Source: an uncultured delta proteobacterium (GTDB taxonomy: Bacteria > Desulfobacterota > Syntrophorhabdia > Syntrophorhabdales > WCHB1-27). From it: a DNA stretch of 64,000 nucleotides. The stretch is taken from contig CAWEPK010000008.1 in the NCBI GenBank assembly GCA_963810935.1, forward strand, positions 305,492 through 369,491, given 5' to 3'. This document shows, in pieces, positions 57,630-64,000 of the stretch. Position 1 is the first letter of the stretch, and every line of letters begins with the position of its first letter. The notes below the pieces were generated by a model. It was not told the DNA's origin and made no database searches. It saw only the letters and a program-made list of their open reading frames with translations. Position numbers and translations under genes: made by a program.

Positions 57630-59708
57630 ATGAAAATAAAGAAAGTGCATCTAAGGAATTTTCGTAGGCTGGAGGATGTCGAGATTGACTTTGAAAATGA
57701 AGAAACTGTTTTCGTCGGGCCGAATAATAGTGGAAAAACTTCAGCCACTACAGCTTTTCGCCTTTTCTTAATTCGCCAGGAATTTAAAATCTACGACTTT
57801 TCCGTCTCAAAAATTGCAGCCATAAACGCCTTTGGCGCAATGGAAGATGTGGATGAAGGGAGTCTCCCATCAATTGAAATGGATCTTTGGTTTTCAATAA
57901 ACCCGGACATCGAATTTGGGCGGGTCTTTTCTCTTATACCAAATGTCTCGACCAACCTTGAAGAAGTTGGTGTTCGGCTGAAATACTGTGTCAAGGATGC
58001 AAGAAAGCTGAAGTTTGAGTATCTCTCTGCTTTTCCACCCTTGGAAGGTGCAGGGCCGCAGAAGACTCTTTCACACTACCTATCACTTCAAGGGAACTTA
58101 AATCGTCATTTTGCCCTTGGTTATTCTGCCATAGAGAATACCGAGACTGGGCCGGTAACGCACCCTCTTGATCCTGACGAAGGAAAACGAGTTCTTCTAT
58201 CCTTGATCCGCGTCGACTTTGTTGACGCGCAGAGAAACATTGATGACTATGAAGTCGGACGTAGTAACCGTTTATCCACCGCTTTTGCGGCGTTCTACAG
58301 GAAGAATCTTCAACAGGCAGAGATAAGCGAAGCAGCGAACCGCGTAATAGACGAAAACAACGAAAACCTTAATCGACACTACGACGCACACTTCAGGGGC
58401 TTAATGGAGGTCATTCGTAACCTTGGCGTGCCATCTATTAACGACAGACAGATGAGGATCGTGTCATCTTTGAGCCCAGAGGCGGCGCTGCAGGGCAACA
58501 CATCTCTTCTCTACATAGACCAAACGCTTAATCATGAACTTCCTGAAGCTTATAACGGCCTTGGGTTCAAGAACCTCGTTTACATGGCAATACAAATCAG
58601 CCACTTTCACCTGCAATGGATGAATACAGAAGCAAAGCGTCCTCTTTGCCAAATCATCTTTATCGAAGAACCAGAAGTGCACCTGCACGCTCAGGTTCAA
58701 CAAACATTTGTTTCGAACATTTGGGGGATTATCCGGAAGGCATCTGAAGAAGCCGGCGAAATCAATATGGTGCCTCAACTTTGCATCACTACGCATTCAT
58801 CACACATCATAGATGCGATTGAGTTCAGAAAGGTTCGTTATTTTCGACGTTGCACATTGAACGGAGAAGACCCCGATACAGCCGTTATTTTTAATGCATC
58901 AAAGGTTCTTAGCTTACGGGACTTCAAGCCCCACAAATCTTCTGCAGATGGTGCTGTTGAGGACGAGAAGGAAACTCTAGATTTTCTTAAACGTTATCTT
59001 AAGTTAACCCACTGCGATCTATTCTTTGCGGACGCGGCAGTACTGGTCGAGGGTACCGTGGAGAAACTCCTTCTACCACAGATGATTGACAAATCTGCAC
59101 GAGGCCTAAAACGCAACTACCTGACAGTACTGGAGGTGGGTGGGGCTTATGCGCACCGTTTTGCGAGCCTCTTAGAGTTTTTAGGTATTCCTTATCTCGT
59201 TGTAACGGACCTGGATTCAGTTGATCCATTAAACAAGCGAAAAGTTTGCAGGGCTGACATGGAAGGAGCGGTAACTTCAAACGCATCCCTTAGATTCTTC
59301 CTAAACAAATCCAAGGTGAGTGAACTATCAAACCTGAAAGCGGAGGAGCAAGTCCTGGCAGATGATAGCTGCTTCGTTGTATTCCAAAAACCAACTCCCG
59401 TCGCGGGGCACAACCCTGATACACCAATGCTAGGACGTACGTTCGAGGAAACGTTTACATATCAGAACATGCAGATCTTCCGTGACAACAAAATCGATTT
59501 GGGAACTGACCTTCCTGCCGATCAGGATTTTGAAAAAGAGTATACGGCCGTCTTTGAAGCAACGAAATCCTCGTCATTCAAGAAGGCTGAGTTCGCGCTT
59601 GATATAGCTTCATTAACAACGGACTGGGTGACACCTCAGTATATTTCTGACGGGTTGCGTTGGCTTGAAGACAAGACGTGCGCAAGAACAGACGCGGAGA
59701 CTATCTGA
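57630..59708 (+). CDS. gajA: OLD-family ATP-dependent nuclease (ABC-type ATPase + Toprim), GajA-like
   Basis: Walker A FVGPNNSGKT, Walker B/D-loop region IIFIEEPEVHLHAQVQ, Toprim glutamate block AAVLVEGTVEKLLLP and DxD block YLVVTDLDS. AAGGAG lies 8 nt before the ATG. The coding sequence is AT-richer. Confidence 0.85.
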   Translation: MKIKKVHLRNFRRLEDVEIDFENEETVFVGPNNSGKTSATTAFRLFLIRQEFKIYDFSVSKIAAINAFGAMEDVDEGSLPSIEMDLWFSINPDIEFGRVFSLIPNVSTNLEEVGVRLKYCVKDARKLKFEYLSAFPPLEGAGPQKTLSHYLSLQGNLNRHFALGYSAIENTETGPVTHPLDPDEGKRVLLSLIRVDFVDAQRNIDDYEVGRSNRLSTAFAAFYRKNLQQAEISEAANRVIDENNENLNRHYDAHFRGLMEVIRNLGVPSINDRQMRIVSSLSPEAALQGNTSLLYIDQTLNHELPEAYNGLGFKNLVYMAIQISHFHLQWMNTEAKRPLCQIIFIEEPEVHLHAQVQQTFVSNIWGIIRKASEEAGEINMVPQLCITTHSSHIIDAIEFRKVRYFRRCTLNGEDPDTAVIFNASKVLSLRDFKPHKSSADGAVEDEKETLDFLKRYLKLTHCDLFFADAAVLVEGTVEKLLLPQMIDKSARGLKRNYLTVLEVGGAYAHRFASLLEFLGIPYLVVTDLDSVDPLNKRKVCRADMEGAVTSNASLRFFLNKSKVSELSNLKAEEQVLADDSCFVVFQKPTPVAGHNPDTPMLGRTFEETFTYQNMQIFRDNKIDLGTDLPADQDFEKEYTAVFEATKSSSFKKAEFALDIASLTTDWVTPQYISDGLRWLEDKTCARTDAETI

Positions 59709-61558
59709 TGGGTGTCAAGATGCAAGGGCTACGGGAAACAAAGGCCGACAAGGATATCATGATTTGTCTGGACGAGCGGCAGAATTTTTCAATGATTGCT
59801 GGAGCAGGCTCGGGAAAAACCACTTCTTTGATAAACGCGCTTAAGCACCTAAGAGAAACAGATGGTTCGCGCCTTCGTCGTGACGACAAAATGATTGCCT
59901 GCATTACATATACCAACCGAGCAGTGGAAGTTATTTCCGACCGCTTGGATTGGGACGAATTGTTTTGTGTCTCGACGCTCCACAGCTTCCTATGGGGAGA
60001 AGTGAAAAAGTTTACACCAAATATTCGAGACGCTCTCCGTCAATGTGTAATACCAGGGCATATTGCGAAGAAACAACAGGATGACAACGGTGGTCAAAGT
60101 AAAAAGGCCGTTGCTGCCAGAGAAAGGATCGCATCATTACAGAACGATCTGGATAGATTGGATGCCGTGAACCGGTTTGAGTATAACGACACAAATTTCA
60201 GTAACTACCCCCAAGGCCAGCTGAATCACGATGACGTTATTGATGTAGCTGCTTTCCTGCTATCAGAGAATGAAATTCTTCGCCGGATCGTTGGTCAGAA
60301 GTATCCATATATCTTTGTCGATGAAGCGCAAGATACGTTTCAAAACGTGGTAGAGGCACTTAACAAGCTTTGCAGCAACGATGGATTGCCTATTGTCGGA
60401 TACTTCGGCGACCCAATGCAGCAAATATACGATCAGCGCGCAGGTGACTTTGCTGGCCCCGCTAATTCCGTAAGGATCACAAAACAAGAGAATTTTCGAT
60501 GCTCACGCAAAGTGATCGACTTGTTGAACGCATTTAGACAAGATATCCAGCAGTTTCCGGCAGGAACAAACGCTGATATTGAAGGGACCGTTCTTGTTAG
60601 GTTAGTAAGGGCTGAAGCACCTGAAGGCGAACGGAGACGATATACCGAGGATCAAATTACACGTGCATCCGGACGTTTTGAAGAAGCACTTAAAACCTGG
60701 GGCTGGGACCAGCGTGCGGATATAAAGCATCTTTTCCTTGTTCGTCAAATGATTGCCCGGCGGCTCGGGTTTCCTGAACTACAAAAACTTTTCACGGGCC
60801 TGTTCTCTTCTACAACAGCCCAAGAAGATTACGAAAAAGGCGATCATTTTCTTTTGAAACCTTTTGTAAGTGTGATCTGCCCCCTAGTGCAGGCCCAAAA
60901 GGATGGGGATCAACGTCGACTAATAGACATCCTAAGAAGGTCAAGCCCTGCATTCGATCCAAAGGGCGTTAACGCTGACCGAACTTTGGGGGAAATGATA
61001 AAGCAGTCAAATGAGATTACGCAAAAGCTTTCCGATCTGTGGGGCAAAGGCACATTAGGTGATATTCTAAAGTTTTGTCGCAAAAACAACTTGTGTAAGA
61101 TTTCTGATGGACTATCAGAGCACTTGGATCGTCCCCAAAGAGCGGAGGAATATGACGCAGATCTATATTCGAGTGACAAAGGTGATTGGTTGGCAGACGT
61201 CTTCTTGAAGATGTTCACCAGCGAAATAGAACCTTTTGTTGAATTCATAAATGAAAATACGCCGTTGAGTACGCAACACGGCGTAAAGGGCGAACAATAT
61301 GAGGATGTTCTCGTTGTATTCGACGATACCGAAGCCGCTTGGAATAATTACAGCTTCACTAAAACGCTGACGCCTAGAACGTCGGGTGACCCGACCGAGG
61401 GCCAGTACGGCAGGAGCAGAAAACTGGCTTATGTTTGCTTCTCTAGGGCTAAGGAGAATTTAAGGATTCTATTGTTTACCCCCAATCCTGAAGCAGCAAA
61501 GGAAGAGCTAATCTGCAACAAGCTGTTTGAAGAAGACCAGATTTCTATTGCAGGTTAA
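59708..61558 (+). CDS. gajB: UvrD/PcrA/Rep-like SF1 helicase, GajB-like
   Basis: Motifs I AGAGSGKTTSL, Ia CITYTNRAV, II YIFVDEAQDT and III-like YFGDPMQQIY, with C-terminal HGVKGEQYEDVLVV and YVCFSRAKENLRIL. The start overlaps the nuclease stop (TGATG). Confidence 0.85.
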   Translation: MGVKMQGLRETKADKDIMICLDERQNFSMIAGAGSGKTTSLINALKHLRETDGSRLRRDDKMIACITYTNRAVEVISDRLDWDELFCVSTLHSFLWGEVKKFTPNIRDALRQCVIPGHIAKKQQDDNGGQSKKAVAARERIASLQNDLDRLDAVNRFEYNDTNFSNYPQGQLNHDDVIDVAAFLLSENEILRRIVGQKYPYIFVDEAQDTFQNVVEALNKLCSNDGLPIVGYFGDPMQQIYDQRAGDFAGPANSVRITKQENFRCSRKVIDLLNAFRQDIQQFPAGTNADIEGTVLVRLVRAEAPEGERRRYTEDQITRASGRFEEALKTWGWDQRADIKHLFLVRQMIARRLGFPELQKLFTGLFSSTTAQEDYEKGDHFLLKPFVSVICPLVQAQKDGDQRRLIDILRRSSPAFDPKGVNADRTLGEMIKQSNEITQKLSDLWGKGTLGDILKFCRKNNLCKISDGLSEHLDRPQRAEEYDADLYSSDKGDWLADVFLKMFTSEIEPFVEFINENTPLSTQHGVKGEQYEDVLVVFDDTEAAWNNYSFTKTLTPRTSGDPTEGQYGRSRKLAYVCFSRAKENLRILLFTPNPEAAKEELICNKLFEEDQISIAG

Positions 61559-62073
61559 GAGCAACAGCTACGAATACATTTCCGGACGACTGAACGAACT
61601 AAGTTACTCCGGCCGACAGGCAAACATTGGGCCGATATCCGCTGAGGTTCTCGGCTAGGTTAATCCTGCTACATGCCGCTCGCTTTCAAACTATATCCTT
61701 GGCTTTAATAGCCCTAATGGATTCACGGGTAGCAGGTGAAGTCCGTTTTTTTTACCTCGCAGCATATGGGCACCGACCCAAGCGTCATCCTAATCGGGCT
61801 ATCGATAATCCCCATAGGTAGTCGCCTACCCCGTCCCCGCTTCGCCGTCTCTCCCCCCTCCCCCTGACATTTTTGTCTCTCAAATAGCTGCCGGGTTCGA
61901 CACTTTTGTGCACATTATGGCGGCGCGTCTGCGCCTGATATGTCTGTATGTCTCCGGTCCGGCAGGGCTTTTCGAGCCGGGCACGCATGTTGCTTTATTT
62001 GAGACGTGAAACGGACGGTATACAAAGCCGTCTGGCGACTATGAAGGGCAACGGCGTAGAAGGAGGTATTTAG

Positions 62074-62757
62074 ATGCGAAATGTTTTGGCAGTTTTTTTG
62101 ATTACCGTGTTGTTTGCGGGCACGGCATCGGCGGCGGGGATGTTCGGGCCGCCTGAGCCTTTGGCGGACCCGGGCAAGTTCTCGCTCGACGCGGGCTATA
62201 TGCTCGACAAAACCAAAATGAAGCAGGGCGACGACCGGATAGGAACGCGGTCGAATGAGTATTACCTTCAGGGGAATTACTCCTTTCTGAAGGATTGGGA
62301 GGTTTACGGCAGGCTCGGCGGGGCCGACATGGTGGCCCACAGCTACGACACCCAGCAGCGGTTCGGGGCAAGCCCGAACATATTCGGTTCGCTCGGCTTC
62401 AAAGGCGTGGCGTACCGCAACGGTAATTTCGCCTTCGGGCCTTTCGCCGAGGGTACGATGTACGGCAATTACAGCGGAGTGGCCCGGAACCAGTGGGAGA
62501 CGGACGTAGGCGTCTCCGCCCAGTACAAGATAAAGGCGGTCACGATCTACGGCGGTCCCTTCGGTTACTGGCGGCAGGCTGACAGCCAGCTCGCGCTCAA
62601 CCCGCCGATATCGCAGGATGACATGAAAGAGAGAAGCAACATAGGCGGCTTCCTGGGTATGCGGTTCCCCATCGTGCAGCAGAAAGTATTTTTGACGGCT
62701 GAGGCACAGATGAGGGACAGGCCCGGCATAGGCGCGTCACTGAGCTACAAGTTTTAA
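62074..62757 (+). CDS. outer-membrane beta-barrel protein
   Basis: Signal peptide MRNVLAVFLITVLFAGTASAAG, alternating aromatic/Gly beta-strand pattern, and C-terminal SLSYKF ending in Phe. Confidence 0.75.
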   Translation: MRNVLAVFLITVLFAGTASAAGMFGPPEPLADPGKFSLDAGYMLDKTKMKQGDDRIGTRSNEYYLQGNYSFLKDWEVYGRLGGADMVAHSYDTQQRFGASPNIFGSLGFKGVAYRNGNFAFGPFAEGTMYGNYSGVARNQWETDVGVSAQYKIKAVTIYGGPFGYWRQADSQLALNPPISQDDMKERSNIGGFLGMRFPIVQQKVFLTAEAQMRDRPGIGASLSYKF

Positions 62758-62784
62758 CGTTGTTGACTTCATAGTCGCATAAGG

Positions 62785-62812
62785 GGGCCGCGATCTTTTC
62801 GCGGCCCTTGCT
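62785..62812 (+). terminator. intrinsic terminator-like hairpin after the OMP gene
   Basis: GGGCCGCGA (62785-62793), a 5-nt loop, TCGCGGCCC (62799-62807), then TTGCTT. Confidence 0.65.
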
Positions 62813-62853
62813 TACCTTGATAATATTCGGTCCCCTGTGCTATCTTAACCCTA

Positions 62854-62931
62854 CGGGGCGTGGCGCAGCATGGCTAGCGCGCTTGCCTTGGGAGCAAGAG
62901 GTCCGGGGTTCAAATCCCCGCGTCCCGACCA
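62854..62931 (+). tRNA. tRNA-Pro (anticodon UGG) with encoded CCA
   Basis: Manual cloverleaf. Acceptor CGGGGCG/CGTCCCG, D stem GCGC/GCGC, anticodon stem CTTGC/GCAAG with loop CTTGGGA. T stem CGGGG/CCCCG with loop TTCAAAT, discriminator A, CCA. Confidence 0.95.
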
Positions 62932-62987
62932 TAAGTCCGTCCGGCACCCGTATAAACTAAAACCGGCAAGAAGAAACGAGAAATCCT

Positions 62988-64000
62988 ATGAAGTCCCGCT
63001 CTATCCTTACACTGTCCGCCGCCCACGCGATAACGGACATCAACCAGGGTGCAATCCCAGTCCTGCTGCCTTTCCTTATAAGCGCCTACGGGCTTACTTA
63101 CGCGGGCGCGGCCGCCATCGTTTTCGCCACGAATATATCCTCTTCCCTGGTCCAGCCGCTCTTCGGCCATTTCGCCGACAGATACCCCAACCGGTGGCTT
63201 ATGCCCGCCGGTATTCTTTTCGCAGGTCTCGGCCTGGCCCTTGCGGGCGCCGTCCCCACCTACCATCTGGTGCTGGCCGTCGTTGCCGTCAGCGGCATCG
63301 GCATCGCCGCCTTCCATCCCGAGGGCGCCCGTCTCGTAAACGATCTTTCGGGCGCCAGGAAGGCGACCGCCATGAGCCTCTTTGCCGTAGGCGGGCAGGT
63401 CGGCTTCGCCATAGGGCCCCTTATGACAACCTTCGTTGTCGCCTCTTTCGGCCTGACCGGCACGCTCCTTTTATCCGTCCTTCCGATCTGCGCTGCCATT
63501 GCCATCGCCGGCTCGCGCAGCTCCCTCTTCTCCGTTGAACAAACCGGGAAGACCGCCTCGAAGCCTGCACCCGGCACGGTCGATGCAGTCGATGCGTGGA
63601 AGCCTTTCACCATCCTGACGGGGGCCGTTTTCTTCCGGTCATTCGCCTTTTACGGGCTGAATACCTTCCTCCCCCTTTACTTCATCGACGTCCTGCACAA
63701 ATCGAAAATGACGGGAGGCGCGGCCATGACGGTATTCCTGGCGGCAGGCGCTTGCGGCACGCTCGCCGGCGGGCGGCTGGGAGACAGGTACGGCTACCGC
63801 CCGGTGGCGCTCTTCGCCTTCTGCTGGGCCGCCGCCCTCTTGCCGGTATTCATTCTCATGAGCCAGGCGTGGGCCGCCATGCTTATCCTGATCCCTCTGG
63901 GCTTTGCCCATTTTATGTCGATGAGCCCCCTCGTCGTCCTGGGCCAGAAGTTCCTGCCGACGCGCGTTGGCCTCGCCTCCGGCGTTACGCTGGGACTTTC
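62988..64000 (+). CDS. MFS transporter (Fsr/fosmidomycin-resistance-like), 3' end outside the window
   Basis: Hand translation from ATG 62988 gives MKSRSILTLSAAHAITDINQGAIPVLLPFLISAYGLTYAGAAAIVFATNISSSLVQPLFGHFADRYPNRW.... At least 10 hydrophobic helices, open to the window edge (hence absent from the ORF track). Confidence 0.8.
   Translation, partial: MKSRSILTLSAAHAITDINQGAIPVLLPFLISAYGLTYAGAAAIVFATNISSSLVQPLFGHFADRYPNRWLMPAGILFAGLGLALAGAVPTYHLVLAVVAVSGIGIAAFHPEGARLVNDLSGARKATAMSLFAVGGQVGFAIGPLMTTFVVASFGLTGTLLLSVLPICAAIAIAGSRSSLFSVEQTGKTASKPAPGTVDAVDAWKPFTILTGAVFFRSFAFYGLNTFLPLYFIDVLHKSKMTGGAAMTVFLAAGACGTLAGGRLGDRYGYRPVALFAFCWAAALLPVFILMSQAWAAMLILIPLGFAHFMSMSPLVVLGQKFLPTRVGLASGVTLGL

Noticed and set aside
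57418-57633. 71-aa TTG-initiated ORF ending in ATGA overlap with the gajA-like start, considered as a possible third component of the defence island
   Set aside because: It has no SD, a rare start codon and nondescript composition. The apparent coupling may be coincidental, because the real SD (AAGGAG) for the nuclease lies inside it. It is worth a proteomics or Ribo-seq look but is not supportable as a gene.
61918-61935. Second sigma-54-like motif TGGCGG-CGCGT-CTGCG upstream of the OMP gene
   Set aside because: The -12 element is poor (CTGCG), and the match is of the kind expected by chance in GC-rich sequence.
57140-62931. tRNA-Pro-targeted integrative element carrying the defence genes
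   Set aside because: I saw no integrase or recombinase and no copy of the tRNA 3' end on the far side of the island. A native-looking OMP gene separates the island from the tRNA.
62870-63538. 222-aa ORF overlapping tRNA-Pro and the MFS transporter frame
   Set aside because: It starts inside the tRNA, is Arg/Pro-rich, and is out of frame with a clean multi-TM transporter translation on the same strand.

Overview
GC-rich (about 60% by eye, not computed), almost fully coding chromosomal segment. It looks like a diderm, probably anaerobic bacterium, given LolA, a beta-barrel OMP, RNase Y+YmdB, SpoVG, GlyQ/GlyS, PPDK and a Re-citrate-synthase-like enzyme. A Desulfobacterota-like lineage is inference only. 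Most of the window is housekeeping: aspS, prfB (with its programmed +1 frameshift), zapB-like/zapA, rny-ymdB, tyrS, bioFAD, aconitase-icd, plsC-ftsK-lolA-recO-glyQS-ppdK-queH, pfk, a fliA-type sigma factor, and the ispE-spoVG-prs-rplY-pth-ychF cluster. A fused TIGR03960/TIGR03936-type radical SAM gene sits next to RNase G, and tRNA-Pro(UGG) lies near the right end. Accessory content: (1) an AT-richer two-gene island (57.6-61.6 kb) encoding an OLD-family ATPase/Toprim nuclease plus a UvrD-like helicase, i.e. Gabija/Class-2-OLD architecture; (2) mazEF; (3) a HicB-like + minimal nucleotidyltransferase pair with no HEPN or HicA partner; (4) an AT-rich orphan gene with an RHH tail behind a perfect 12-bp palindrome; (5) a PadR-headed membrane/polyferredoxin operon; (6) a secreted beta-helix protein with a poly-Gly linker and a [10 protein letters not shown]-type C-terminal domain. 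Non-coding oddities are a 110-bp tandem repeat full of hairpins (12.49-12.77 kb), a 290-nt structured gap between zapA and rny, and overlapping palindromes after icd. Two genes, an OmpR/BaeR-like response regulator and a membrane protein at the left edge, carry apparently unprogrammed frameshifts. No rRNA, CRISPR array, transposase or integrase was seen. I did not find a clearly novel system. The Gabija-like pair is the strongest defence candidate, and the tandem repeat next to the Cys-motif orphan is the least explained element.
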